From assembly GCA_963803975.1 (NCBI GenBank), contig CAWDOY010000036.1, forward strand, positions 1 to 64,000: a DNA stretch of 64,000 nucleotides. The letters run 5' to 3'. The DNA comes from an uncultured delta proteobacterium. Lineage in GTDB: Bacteria; Desulfobacterota; WTBG01; CAIYCZ01. A program made the position numbers and the translations under genes. Positions 11,171 through 21,252 of this stretch are shown here, piece by piece. The first letter of the stretch is position 1, and the number at the start of each line of letters is the position of its first letter. The notes below the pieces were generated by a model that had not been told where the DNA came from, did no database searches, and was given only the letters and a program-made list of their open reading frames with translations.

Positions 11171-12172
11171 ATGTCAGAAGAAAAGGGAACCATAGAAAAA
11201 TTGATGGCTGTACAGCCGTTCAGGGTTTTTGACAGCCACGGACATCCAGGCCTGGAGAAAAAGGGAATTGCCGATCGCCCCGGATCTATTGATTTCTGGT
11301 GCGGCGATACAGTGGTAGCGCGAAGCATGATGGGAGCCCGCGCCTTCCTCGGCGATCCCAACCCTTTCAAGGTCATTACCAAGGCGGAAGAATGCCCGAA
11401 CCTGACCCCTGAGGTTTTCGTCCAGTACATGGACATGGCAGGTGTTGAGGCCATGTGCCTGCAGTGTATCCATGGTATAACCGATCCATTTCCGGGCAAC
11501 CCGAATGGATGGAAGTGGTATGTGCCTAACGAATACGTTAAAAAGGAATTCATCGATGCTTTTCCCGGACGCTTCACCGCTGTTGGTGGTGTGCATCAGC
11601 GCTACGGCAAGCAGGCCGCGGTTGAGATGGTAATCTCGGCAAAAGAGTGCGGGTTCCCCGGCATCAAGATTCACCCGCCCACCATAGGATACCCCAATAA
11701 TCCCGACCTGTATCCTGCCTATGAAAAATGCCAGGAGCTGGGTCTGCATGTCCAGATTCACACCGGCGTGGAAGAGCTGCCGGGAACCAGGGCAAAGTAT
11801 CAGCACCCGGTCTATGTGGATGACGTGGCCATGGATTTCCCCAAGCTGAAAATCCTGCAGCTGCACTGCGGCGTGTTCAACAACCCGATGATGGGTCTGT
11901 GGAATGTTATGAAGCATGATAATCTGTACACCGACATAACCATCCCCCATCCGACCCTGATGCAGTTTAAGTACTACTGGGACATGGACCATCTGCGCTT
12001 CCTGGAATTCTTCATGCCGGACAAAGTGTTTTACGGCACCGACTTCCCCCTGACGCTGCCGGTCTACCGGGCCATGGTGGACAACATCATGAACCTGCCT
12101 TTGAGCATGGAATTCAAGCACAAGCTGATGGGCAATAACTTCAGAAAGTTTCTTAACTGGCAGAGTAAATAA
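11171..12172 (+). CDS. Amidohydrolase family protein (Amidohydro_2-like decarboxylase/hydratase/hydrolase)
   Basis: DSHGH, GIKIHP, QIHTG, LHCG and YGTDFP metal-binding pattern. Confidence 0.88.
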   Translation: MSEEKGTIEKLMAVQPFRVFDSHGHPGLEKKGIADRPGSIDFWCGDTVVARSMMGARAFLGDPNPFKVITKAEECPNLTPEVFVQYMDMAGVEAMCLQCIHGITDPFPGNPNGWKWYVPNEYVKKEFIDAFPGRFTAVGGVHQRYGKQAAVEMVISAKECGFPGIKIHPPTIGYPNNPDLYPAYEKCQELGLHVQIHTGVEELPGTRAKYQHPVYVDDVAMDFPKLKILQLHCGVFNNPMMGLWNVMKHDNLYTDITIPHPTLMQFKYYWDMDHLRFLEFFMPDKVFYGTDFPLTLPVYRAMVDNIMNLPLSMEFKHKLMGNNFRKFLNWQSK

Positions 12173-12285
12173 TAGAGTAGAGCGCGCGGAGAAAAACATT
12201 GAATCAGATACTGTCGGAAATTGGTTTGTTACCGGTGCTGCAGCGGAATACAGGTGCTCTGAAATTGATATAAAACATGGATAGG

Positions 12286-12329
12286 GAAGGGTGTTCGATA
12301 ACTGTCGTCGGACACCCTTCTCCTGTTTT
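12286..12329 (+). terminator. Intra-operon stem-loop/terminator
   Basis: gaagggtgttcga...tcggacacccttc followed by tcctgtttt. Confidence 0.5.
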
Positions 12330-12400
12330 ACAGAGCGTTCGCCGCGTGCCGGCCAGGGGCTTAACAATTGAGAAACACTATTTAACAAGGGAGTGTGTGT

Positions 12401-12793
12401 ATGGACATAAACATTGCAAAATGGGAATCAGTATTGCAAGCTGACCCCGGCCTTCAGGACAGGCTGAAACGCCTCAATCCCCAGGGCTATCCGGCCACCA
12501 TCAAGGGCGACCTGCTCTGCCTTGCGGTAACGGGCAACTCCCCCCTGGTGGTAAGCTGGGATGGCACCGCGATTGCCGTGGCACAGCGACCGCCAAAGAA
12601 ACCGTTTTTATTGTGGAACATAACCAGGGAAAAATTTGCCGAACTGTTCTCAGCCAAATGCCCGCCGGTTCTGGTAGCCATGAACAACGACCAGAAAAAC
12701 ATCAAGGCAGGCGCTGATCATCACAACGGTTCGCTGATCGTTAGTTTTCTGGTCATGCTGCAGGAATGCATGGAGGGAGGTGAAAGCGCATGA
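12401..12793 (+). CDS. Small hypothetical protein, possibly SCP2 (sterol-carrier)-like
   Basis: RBS AAGGGAG; overlaps the next start codon (ATGA); SCP2 likeness is only from size and beta/alpha pattern. Confidence 0.6.
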   Translation: MDINIAKWESVLQADPGLQDRLKRLNPQGYPATIKGDLLCLAVTGNSPLVVSWDGTAIAVAQRPPKKPFLLWNITREKFAELFSAKCPPVLVAMNNDQKNIKAGADHHNGSLIVSFLVMLQECMEGGESA

Positions 12794-14067
12794 GTAATTT
12801 CTTTTCAGATTATGAACCGTCAAAGACCGTGCTGCCGACAAGCAGCGAAGAAGTTAAGGAAATTATAAAACACGCCAACCGAACCAGGACACCGCTGGTC
12901 CCGGTCAGCACCGGAACCAATCTGCAGGACACCCATCTGCCGTCAGTAAAAGGCGCCACGGCAGTTAATCTTTCGCAGCTGGACCGCATCCTCTATTTTG
13001 ACGCCAAGAACCGCAATGCCGTGATTGAGCCGGGGGTTACCTTTGAGCAGCTGGAAAAAATATGCGCAGATGAAGGCCTGCGCACCCTGACCGCCATCGA
13101 TGTACCCAAAGAAGCATCGGTGCTGGGAACCTATCTTGAGATGATGCCGCTCTACGGATGGCCCAAATACCATCCCTGGGAGATGCTCACCATGCAGGGG
13201 TTCCGCGCTGACGGCGAGCCGTTTGCCACGGGGCAGATGGCCATGAAGCAGGACCGGCCGGACAAGTATTCCTGGGGCGTATCATTCGCCCAGGTTGCGC
13301 GCCTCTTCTGTCAGGCGCAGGGAACGCTGGGAATCATAACCGCAGCTGCAATAACCCTGAAAACCGCGACCCCGGAAAACCAGGTGCTGTTCTTCCCCTG
13401 TAAAAATATTAATGAAGCAACCCGCGCCCTGAAAACCTTCATAGCAACGGAAGAGCCTCACGAAATATTTGCCGTAAACCGGACCTATGGTGCGGAACTG
13501 CTGGGAGGCATCTCTGCCAGAGAGCTTCCGGCATGGACCGTGGTGCTGGTAACCCGTGGTTTTGAGAAGGACGAGGTGGCGTATAAGAAAAAAGATTTAA
13601 ACGCACTGGCAAAACAGCTGGGCGGCGAGATCATAACCAGGCTGTCGCGCACGGCTGAGGGCCGGATCCTCGCTGAAATATCAAGCCCTGCCGGGTATGC
13701 GCTGCATGCAGGCGATGATTTTGAGCGGGTGCCGTTTGTGACCATTGCAACAGCACAGCAGATCAAAGACTGCTCTTCGCTGTTTGCGAAAAATTCCGGC
13801 GCGCTCCTGATGCCCCTGCAGGCCGGTGCCTGCTTCTACTATCAGCCGGATCTGCGCTATGAGGAGAAGAACCTGAAGAAAGCGCGCGCGGAATATACCG
13901 GCATCTGCGGCAAGCTGCTCAAAGCCGGCGTTATGTTCCCCCGGCCGTCCGCCCTTATCGCCAAGCAGGTGGCAGCCTTTTACCAGGACAATTTCAAACT
14001 GCTTAAATCTATAAAGAAGGCAGTTGATCCGAATAACATCATGAATCCAGGGAAACTGGGACTGTGA
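12790..14067 (+). CDS. FAD-binding oxidoreductase (GlcE-like, paralog of 7903..9387)
   Basis: VLPTSSEEVKEII, IEPGVTFEQL, AQGTLGIIT, VDPNNIMNPGKL. Confidence 0.88.
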   Translation: MSNFFSDYEPSKTVLPTSSEEVKEIIKHANRTRTPLVPVSTGTNLQDTHLPSVKGATAVNLSQLDRILYFDAKNRNAVIEPGVTFEQLEKICADEGLRTLTAIDVPKEASVLGTYLEMMPLYGWPKYHPWEMLTMQGFRADGEPFATGQMAMKQDRPDKYSWGVSFAQVARLFCQAQGTLGIITAAAITLKTATPENQVLFFPCKNINEATRALKTFIATEEPHEIFAVNRTYGAELLGGISARELPAWTVVLVTRGFEKDEVAYKKKDLNALAKQLGGEIITRLSRTAEGRILAEISSPAGYALHAGDDFERVPFVTIATAQQIKDCSSLFAKNSGALLMPLQAGACFYYQPDLRYEEKNLKKARAEYTGICGKLLKAGVMFPRPSALIAKQVAAFYQDNFKLLKSIKKAVDPNNIMNPGKLGL

Positions 14068-14080
14068 GGAGGTGATACCA

Positions 14081-15229
14081 GTGACAAAAGAAGAACTGCT
14101 CGCAAAAGCATTATGCTGTAATCGTTGTGGAACCTGCCGCGGTGTGGTGCAGGACGCGGTACCCAATGGCGCTTTTTCCACGCAATGTCCTTCAGGGTCG
14201 ACACTGTTTGGCGAATATGAGCCGGCAGGGCTCATGTATATAGCACGGGGTATCGCACAGGGTGAGCTGCAGTGGAACCAGGATCTGGCAACAGTCCTCT
14301 ACTCCTGTACTCTGTGCGGCTACTGTGAAGATATGTGCAGCCGCGGCTACCGGCACACGCCTTCAATTACCATCCTTGAGGAGCTGCGGAAAATTATCCC
14401 GGACAGCCTGAAACCAAAGAGCCTGCAAAAAGCTGCTGACAATGCGCAGGTTCCTAAAAACCATAAACTGTCGATCCTTGAAAAGTACGGCGTAAAGGAT
14501 GTGACTGCAACAGGCGCCGTTGATACGGTCCTGTTTGCCGATACTACCATGCTCTGCAACAGCGCCAAGCTGAACGAGATCGGATTTCTGCTGAAGAAGA
14601 GCGGCAAAAAGATCGGCTGCTTTATTACCAACCCGCTGCCCCCGGTTGATGAGATGCTCATCAGCGCAGGGCGCCATGATGTGCTCGCGGGATGCATAAG
14701 CGCTATTGACGCACAACTGAAAAAGTACGGTATCAAACGGGTGATCTGCTACCATCCGGAAAGCCTCTCGGTGCTCACGCGGTTCAGCAGAAGCAATGCA
14801 CAGTTTGAATCAATTACCCGGCTGTATGCTGAGATGCTGAAAAAGAAGAAAGCGAAAAAGCTGAAGATGCCGGCGGTAACGTATCAAGACCCGTGTCATC
14901 TGGGACGCTATGCCCGGGAATATGTTGCGCCGCGGCAGGTTATAGCGGGACTTGGCCTTGAGCTTAAGGAGATGTGGCGCTCAGGATCTAATTCCCTGTG
15001 CTGCGGTGCCGGCGGCGGACTGCTGGCTTCAGACCCGAAGCTTGCCAAACGCTATGCAGCCAACCGCTGGGAAGAGGCAGCAGCTACCGGCGCGAGGGTG
15101 CTCATTACCGCCTGCCCGTACTGCTCGGCAAACTTCATGCAGGGCAAGCCGAAGGATTTCAAGGTCATGGATTTAACGTCCCTGGTGGCGCAGGCATATG
15201 GCTACACGGGAAAGGAGGCGGCCAGATGA
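14081..15229 (+). CDS. (Fe-S)-binding protein, GlcF/GlpC/HdrD-like with CCG domain
   Basis: CNRCGTC, CTLCGYCEDMC, YQDPCHLGR, CCGAGGG, ITACPYC; GTG start after GGAGGTGA. Confidence 0.9.
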   Translation: MTKEELLAKALCCNRCGTCRGVVQDAVPNGAFSTQCPSGSTLFGEYEPAGLMYIARGIAQGELQWNQDLATVLYSCTLCGYCEDMCSRGYRHTPSITILEELRKIIPDSLKPKSLQKAADNAQVPKNHKLSILEKYGVKDVTATGAVDTVLFADTTMLCNSAKLNEIGFLLKKSGKKIGCFITNPLPPVDEMLISAGRHDVLAGCISAIDAQLKKYGIKRVICYHPESLSVLTRFSRSNAQFESITRLYAEMLKKKKAKKLKMPAVTYQDPCHLGRYAREYVAPRQVIAGLGLELKEMWRSGSNSLCCGAGGGLLASDPKLAKRYAANRWEEAAATGARVLITACPYCSANFMQGKPKDFKVMDLTSLVAQAYGYTGKEAAR

Positions 15230-16749
15230 ATACTATAATTAAAAAATTACAGAAAATTGTCGGCGCTGAGTGGGTGCGCAGTGATTCGCTGACCCAGTAT
15301 TTTTACGGCGCTGATGTTTTGACCTATTTCGGGCAGGGAGCGCTCTACCCGGAAAATCATCCCCTGGCCGTGGTATATCCCGCCTCAACCAAAGAGGTGC
15401 AGGCAGTGGTGAACCTGGCACGGAAGGAGAAGGCGCCCCTGTACGCGGTCGGCGGTGGAACCGTGCTGCTCATCGGCTCCATCCCCGGCAAGAACAACGT
15501 GGGCATTACCTTTGATTTCCACCGCATGCAGAAGGTTACGGTTGACAAGGAGCGCATGGTGGTGCGCGCCCAGCCCGGCGCCACCGGATTGCAGGTGAGC
15601 CAGGTGGTGCGCGATATGGATTTCGGCTATCGTCCCTATTTCGGCGGCAGTCCCGGGACTTCGCTGTTTGTGCCCTACCAGGTATTTACCGGGCAGAACA
15701 AGATGGCCGGCTACCAGGACGGCATGGGCATCAACTGCGCTGCCGGATACGAAATGGTTCTGGCAAGCGGCGAGATCCTGAAGGCTGGCTCCATGTCCCA
15801 CCAGAAAGCCCCGGGATGGCCGCACGGCCCCGGCCCGGCACTGACCTATCTGCCGTTCTTTTCCAACGCGGGATACGGCATAGTGACTGAAATGGAGTTC
15901 CGGTTATTTCCCACGCCCCATGAGGTCGGCTCTTTGTGGGTGACCTTTCCGACCCTCTCTTCAGCTTGTACTGCCATGTACGAGGTGATGAAGAAGGAAT
16001 ATGCCTGCGGAGCAACGGTAATGGGCCCGGGATGCTGGACCCACGCGCTCTATTCAAGCCAGCACTGGCAGGAGGGCGCGCACTTTGTGAAAGCCACGCA
16101 GGATATAAACCTCATCGGCATGTCCTTTCGCGGATCCCGGGCAAAAGTTGACTTTGAACGCAATGCCTGCATCAGGATTCTTGAGCAGCACGGCGGCGTG
16201 GTGATGCCGGGCTGGATGGTTGCAATACTTGACGGCCATGAGGCAAATGCAGCCGGCTGGCAGCAGTGCAACAGCCCGAAAATATGCGGCACCTTCAACG
16301 GAACATCAGACTCCGGCGGCATCTTTGTTTCCGGCGGCGTGTTTGATTCTCTGGAAAAACTTGAAATCTATATGGACCGGGGGATGCAGGCGTACCAGCA
16401 GGTTTGCCGCGACAACCCGGAATTTCTGAATCACCCGCACCCCACGATCAGGCTCTATGCAAGCTGCGGCCAGACCTACCTGTCAATGGGCGGACATTCA
16501 AACGCGGCAGGAGAGGTTATCTTTGTGCTGGACTTTGCCAACCGGAAATTCCTTCCCATGGTGGGCGCTATCAAGGCCCAGTTTGATGTGATGATGCAGG
16601 AGATCGGCATGGCGCCGCTGGGCGTCGGCCGTGACAAGCGCACCTGGACTGAATGCCCTGATCACTTTGCCATGGCAAAGATTATCAAAAACGCTGTTGA
16701 CCCGCAGGATGTGCTGGCTCCGGGCGTCGCATTCCCGATGAGCGAATAG
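15226..16749 (+). CDS. FAD-binding oxidoreductase (VAO/GlcD-like, paralog of 9449..11140)
   Basis: PLAVVYPASTKEVQAVV, AVGGGT, EMVLASGEILKAGS, YGIVTEM, VDPQDVLAPG; ATG overlaps the upstream stop. Confidence 0.88.
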   Translation: MNTIIKKLQKIVGAEWVRSDSLTQYFYGADVLTYFGQGALYPENHPLAVVYPASTKEVQAVVNLARKEKAPLYAVGGGTVLLIGSIPGKNNVGITFDFHRMQKVTVDKERMVVRAQPGATGLQVSQVVRDMDFGYRPYFGGSPGTSLFVPYQVFTGQNKMAGYQDGMGINCAAGYEMVLASGEILKAGSMSHQKAPGWPHGPGPALTYLPFFSNAGYGIVTEMEFRLFPTPHEVGSLWVTFPTLSSACTAMYEVMKKEYACGATVMGPGCWTHALYSSQHWQEGAHFVKATQDINLIGMSFRGSRAKVDFERNACIRILEQHGGVVMPGWMVAILDGHEANAAGWQQCNSPKICGTFNGTSDSGGIFVSGGVFDSLEKLEIYMDRGMQAYQQVCRDNPEFLNHPHPTIRLYASCGQTYLSMGGHSNAAGEVIFVLDFANRKFLPMVGAIKAQFDVMMQEIGMAPLGVGRDKRTWTECPDHFAMAKIIKNAVDPQDVLAPGVAFPMSE

Positions 16750-16772
16750 AAAGTAAATTCCTGAGAAAAGAT

Positions 16773-16811
16773 AAAAACCCCCATTCACCGTTTTGTGATT
16801 GGGGGTTTTTT
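16773..16811 (+). terminator. Intrinsic terminator of the flavoprotein operon
   Basis: aaaaaccccca...tggggggttttttt. Confidence 0.75.
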
Positions 16812-16959
16812 ATTGTTGGTTTTACCCCTGTTTGACGCAGGGGTAAAAATATGTTACTTTAAATTTATATTCTTGACATCTCATTAGTATGTAGGCATTT
16901 TATATTTACTTCAAAAGGTCTCACAAAAGCACCTAAAACCATTAACAAGGAGGATGGCA

Positions 16960-17620
16960 ATGAAGAAAATGACAGCGTGCTTCGTTAATAATGATGGTAA
17001 TGTTGTTTTTGTTTACCGGTGGTTGCAATAAAAAACCCATTTTGGGTGAGATGACAGATGCACGTGATGGACAGACATACAAGACAGTAAAACTTGGAGA
17101 TCAGACCTGGCTTGCGCAGAACCTGAATTACGAGACTGATAACAGCTGGTGTTATGAAGATGACCCTGCAAATTGCGAAACGTATGGAAGGCTATACGAC
17201 TGGGAAACAGCGAAGACCGCATGCCCAGCCGATTGGCATCTGCCAAATGACCAGGAGTGGGCAACCCTTATAAAATATCTGGATCCTGAAGCTGATTCGA
17301 ACGCTGTAGGAGTAGAAAGCGAAATTGCCGGTGGTATGCTGAAAACAAAGGGAACGTTTGAAAGCGGTACCGGGTTATGGCTAAGCCCTAATACAGGCGC
17401 CACTAACTCAAGCGGATTTTCTGCTGTGCCGGGCGGTGCCCGCTGGGAGGATGGCACTTACCTTGTTATGCATATGCACGCCATCTACTGGACATCTACT
17501 GAGTACGACGCCACCAGCGTTTGGTTCAGGATCTTTGATTACGGCCTTAACAGCCTTTACCGGGACCATTCAGGCGTAACTAAGCCCATGGGCCTTTCCG
17601 TGCGTTGTGTCATGGATTGA
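16960..17620 (+). CDS. FISUMP (Fibrobacter succinogenes major paralogous domain) lipoprotein, copy 1; one extra base near 16980
   Basis: DARDGQTYKTVKLGDQTWLAQNLNY, YGRLYDW, ACPADWHLP, GLSVRCVMD; comparison with copy 2 places the true start at 16960. Confidence 0.88.
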
Positions 17621-17645
17621 CATATACCTAACAAGGAGGATGGCA

Positions 17646-18323
17646 ATGAAGAAGATGACAGCGTGTTCGTTAATAATGATGGTACTGTTGTTTTTGTTTA
17701 CCAGTGGTTGCACTCGTGAAATAGAACCCATTTTCGGTGAGATGACAGATGCACGTGACGGACAGACATACAAAACAGTAACTCTTGGAGATCAGACCTG
17801 GCTTGCGCAGGACCTTAACTACGAGATCGATAACAGTTGGTGTTTTCAAAATGACCCTGCAAATTGCGAAACGTATGGAAGGCTATACAACTGGGAAGCA
17901 GCGATGAACGCCTGCCCTGCCGGTTGGCACCTGCCAAGTGACCAGGAGTGGTCAAAGCTTATAAAATATTTGGATCCTCTATCGCAGCCGAATGCTGTTT
18001 TAACAGAAAGCAAAACTGCCGGGGGTATGATGAAAACAACAGGAACGGTAGAGGATGGAACCGGATTATGGGCAGAACCTAATGAAGGGGCCACTAACGT
18101 AACCGGATTTTCAGCCGTGCCGGGCGGTGAACGTGTACCTACCCCTACAGGCATGTTCAACTTGCTGGGTCAGCACGTCTTCTTCTGGACCTCTACTGAA
18201 TACGAAGCCAAAAGCGCCGGGTTCCGGACTCTGGATTACGGCCATAGCGGCGTTACCAAGGGCACTAGCACTACACTCATGACTAAAGCCTACGCCGTTT
18301 CTGTGCGTTGTGTCATGGATTGA
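17646..18323 (+). CDS. FISUMP domain lipoprotein, copy 2
   Basis: Same motifs; lipobox-like TSGC; tandem paralog of copy 1. Confidence 0.9.
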   Translation: MKKMTACSLIMMVLLFLFTSGCTREIEPIFGEMTDARDGQTYKTVTLGDQTWLAQDLNYEIDNSWCFQNDPANCETYGRLYNWEAAMNACPAGWHLPSDQEWSKLIKYLDPLSQPNAVLTESKTAGGMMKTTGTVEDGTGLWAEPNEGATNVTGFSAVPGGERVPTPTGMFNLLGQHVFFWTSTEYEAKSAGFRTLDYGHSGVTKGTSTTLMTKAYAVSVRCVMD

Positions 18324-18411
18324 CATATACCCTCATTGTTTTCATGAATATCTGTGAGGTATTTATTTAGGCCTGCAGTCATATGTTTGGCAGGTTCTGT
18401 TCGATTACCAT

Positions 18412-18445
18412 AAGGCAGGGTCAGCGATGGCTCTGCTTTTGTTTT
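18412..18445 (+). terminator. Intrinsic terminator
   Basis: aaggcagggtca...tggctctgcttttgtttt. Confidence 0.55.
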
Positions 18446-18808
18446 ATGTAGAGTCGAAGACGAACGCAGCGAAACACATGGTGTTCAGGTTACATTCTAC
18501 ATTGGCGAGCAAGGGGTGCACCCATAATGTATGTTGGAACCATGTAAAAGGTAGACCTGACCCTTAACTGCTTTTTACAAGAAATCGGGACATTTATTGA
18601 GACTGGTAATTATTGAAGCAACAAGGTGTAGTGAAAAATCCAACAACCCGTCCGAAAACAAAGACATCGCATAACCCCTCATTAAACCAGCTGTTGTTTG
18701 CTTCCCTGTTTCATTCCTGTCGCGGAATCTGAAACATCCATAACATTTATCAATCCGGTTAAAATAAAATCATAAACTAATTCGCAGAGTTGGTGCTGAA
18801 CAGAAGAC

Positions 18809-18823
18809 TGGCATGGCTCTTGC
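18809..18823 (+). promoter_or_regulatory. sigma54 (-24/-12) promoter
   Basis: TGGCATGGCTCTTGC fits TGGCAC-N5-TTGC with exact GG-GC spacing, ~50 bp before ATG 18874. Confidence 0.65.
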
Positions 18824-18873
18824 GATAGTGTGCTATTAAAAACGCAGTTAACTATTAAATAATGAGGTGAACC

Positions 18874-19512
18874 ATGAAAAAGACCGTAGTGCTCATAACC
18901 ATAGCAGTTTTAGTCAGTGCCGGCGCGGCTTTTGGGGCAGGAAACACCATTCCTCCGCAGCCGGTTTATCCCCAGGGTACATATCAGACGCAACCATCGT
19001 ATCAGACACCTCCAGGGTATGCGGCCCCGCCGGTGGTTTATACTTCTCCGCCAGCTGGGTATTATGCTCCTGCCCCAGTGGTGTATTATGCACCGCCTCC
19101 GGTTTATTATGTCCCTGCGCCAGTAGCATATGCTTCTCCCTATTCATATGGTGGAGGCTACGGGTGCGATCCTCTTTTCGGGTTTGTGAGCTTAATTTTT
19201 AATTATGGCGGAGATGATAATAATTATGGCCATGGCAATGGATATGGCCATCACGGGAACGGCGGTAATTATTATCGCCGCGGCAATGGCGGTGGCTACG
19301 GCCACCAGGGTAATGGCGGCGGCTATTATCGACCTAAAAATGGTGGTGGTTCCGGGCACCGCGGGAACGGCGGCGGGTATTATCGCCCGGGTAATGGCGG
19401 TGGTTCCGGGCATCGCGGAAACAACGGCGGCCATTATCGAGCTGTTAATGCTAACGGTTCCGGGAACCGGGGCAAAGGCTATGTCAAAGGGTATTCTCGC
19501 ACTGGCCGTTAA
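18874..19512 (+). CDS. Secreted low-complexity protein, Pro/Tyr-rich then Gly-rich repeats
   Basis: RBS GAGGTG, signal peptide, YYAPAPV repeats, GNGGGYYRP/GNGGGSGHR repeats. Confidence 0.75.
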   Translation: MKKTVVLITIAVLVSAGAAFGAGNTIPPQPVYPQGTYQTQPSYQTPPGYAAPPVVYTSPPAGYYAPAPVVYYAPPPVYYVPAPVAYASPYSYGGGYGCDPLFGFVSLIFNYGGDDNNYGHGNGYGHHGNGGNYYRRGNGGGYGHQGNGGGYYRPKNGGGSGHRGNGGGYYRPGNGGGSGHRGNNGGHYRAVNANGSGNRGKGYVKGYSRTGR

Positions 19513-19595
19513 AATTAATAATAGAGAGGTAAGACCGGATAATTTATCCCTCAGCTCTCACAGGTATTTAACTTATATTATAAAGGAGATACACG

Positions 19596-20279
19596 ATGAA
19601 AAAAATATGCGCGTTGTTACTTGTTGCTGCTCTTATCATGCCCGGCTGTGCAGCCATGCAGGAGAATAGGAAGACCACCATCGGTGCCGGGGCGGGCGCG
19701 GTGGTTGGCGCAGGCGTTGGCTACGCGATTGGCGGGGGCAAGGGTGCTGCGATCGGAGCAGTAGTAGGCGGCCTTGCCGGCGGGGTCATCGGGCATTACA
19801 TGGACAAACAGGAGCGTGAATTCAAACAGGCACTCGCTGAGTCACAGGCACGGGAGCAGTCAGCAATCATGCAGGGGGTTCAGCGTGAACAGGATGCCCT
19901 TATCATCACCTTTAAATCAGATGTGATGTTTGATAGCAACTCATCCGTCATAAAATCTGCGGCCTACGCTTCAGGGGAAATTGACCGCGTGGCGCAAATT
20001 CTCAATAGGTACCCTGACACCACCATAAAGGTAGTGGGTTATACCGACAGCACGGGATCAGAATCTAATAATCAGCAGTTATCAGAGCAGCGGGCCAATT
20101 CAGTAAAGAATGCTTTGGTGGTTAAAAACGTACAAGCCGCCCGTATATCTGCTCTTGGCATGGGAGAGTCTAATCCAATTGCAGACAACACAACCGAAGG
20201 CGGACGCCAGCTTAACCGTCGCGTTGCCATAATCATTGAGCCTACCCCGCAGGCAGGCCAGGCACAGCCGCAGGGTTGA
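19596..20279 (+). CDS. OmpA-family lipoprotein with glycine zipper (YiaD-like)
   Basis: MPGC lipobox, GAxxGA zipper, VVGYTDSTG...NQQLSEQRA...NRRV. Confidence 0.92.
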   Translation: MKKICALLLVAALIMPGCAAMQENRKTTIGAGAGAVVGAGVGYAIGGGKGAAIGAVVGGLAGGVIGHYMDKQEREFKQALAESQAREQSAIMQGVQREQDALIITFKSDVMFDSNSSVIKSAAYASGEIDRVAQILNRYPDTTIKVVGYTDSTGSESNNQQLSEQRANSVKNALVVKNVQAARISALGMGESNPIADNTTEGGRQLNRRVAIIIEPTPQAGQAQPQG

Positions 20280-20299
20280 TGACCGGCACATGCCGGCAG

Positions 20300-20342
20300 A
20301 ATAAACTCCCGTTCATAACGCGTGCACGGGAGTTTATTTTTT
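20300..20342. terminator. Intrinsic terminator
   Basis: ataaactcccgt...acgggagtttatttttt. Confidence 0.7.
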
Positions 20343-20541
20343 ATCCGCGTCATGGTCGCGCGGATAGATTTTAAGATCATCGTCAAGCGTGGACCAGGAG
20401 ATGTTAGCGCGCTGCGAAAGAAAACAAATAATGCAGAAGAGGGTTGCGGTGTGTACAGTAGTTGATTAACGGAATAAGTTTGTGCCCCGGATCAAGCTTT
20501 GTGATATAGCCGGTCTGGCTGCTTTTTGCAGCCCACGCTGC

Positions 20542-21252
20542 TCAGCATCCTTTTTGCACCAGCTCCCGCATCCGGGCGACGGCATTGCCTTGTACCGGTG
20601 CTCCGTGGCCGAGCAGGCAGACGTCAAAATCAAGCAGGGCAAGCTGCTCGACAGAGCGCAAGGCCGCCTTATAACTGGCGCAGCCGAAGCGCATGGGCAG
20701 GGCAAAGCCGCCGGTCCCGTTGAGCGCGTCGCCGACAAAGACAAGACCCTTTTCCTTCGCGTAAAAACTGACGCTGCCGGGAGAATGGCCGGGTGTGGCT
20801 ATAACCTGTATGCCGCCAAAACAGTCTATGATCTCTCCGCCATGGCAGGGGATTTCAACCTGGGCCGGTTCATAGTGAAACACAAAGGTCTCCATAAAAA
20901 AAAGAACTGTTTTAAAAACTTTTCCTCCGAATCCCTCCCTGCCCATGGTCCAGGTTTTCTTCAGCCCCTGTATATACGCGGTATCCTTTACTCCGGCAAC
21001 CACCTGGGCTGAGCTTGATTTCTTCAGTGCGGCAAGGGAGCCGATGTGGTCAAGATGGGCGTGCGTTATCAGGATATGGGATATATCCTCCACGGTGTGC
21101 CCGAGGCTTTTTACCGCAGCGATAACTGCCTCCCCATCCCGCGGCATGCCGGTGTCAATCAATACCAGTTTTGTATCAACCAGCAGATAGCAGTTAGACC
21201 TGCCCGGCGCAAGCCGGTACACCCCTTCAGCGACCAGTTCCGGTTCAATCAT
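20542..21252 (-). CDS. MBL-fold metallo-hydrolase
   Basis: LIDTG, THAHLDHIG, TPGHSPG, GDAL, LGHG. Confidence 0.9.
   Translation of the reverse strand: MIEPELVAEGVYRLAPGRSNCYLLVDTKLVLIDTGMPRDGEAVIAAVKSLGHTVEDISHILITHAHLDHIGSLAALKKSSSAQVVAGVKDTAYIQGLKKTWTMGREGFGGKVFKTVLFFMETFVFHYEPAQVEIPCHGGEIIDCFGGIQVIATPGHSPGSVSFYAKEKGLVFVGDALNGTGGFALPMRFGCASYKAALRSVEQLALLDFDVCLLGHGAPVQGNAVARMRELVQKGC

Noticed and set aside
11174..12388. 404-aa minus-strand ORF (also 8020..8949 and 9953..10810)
   Set aside because: Antisense to well-supported plus-strand enzymes; no recognisable motifs.
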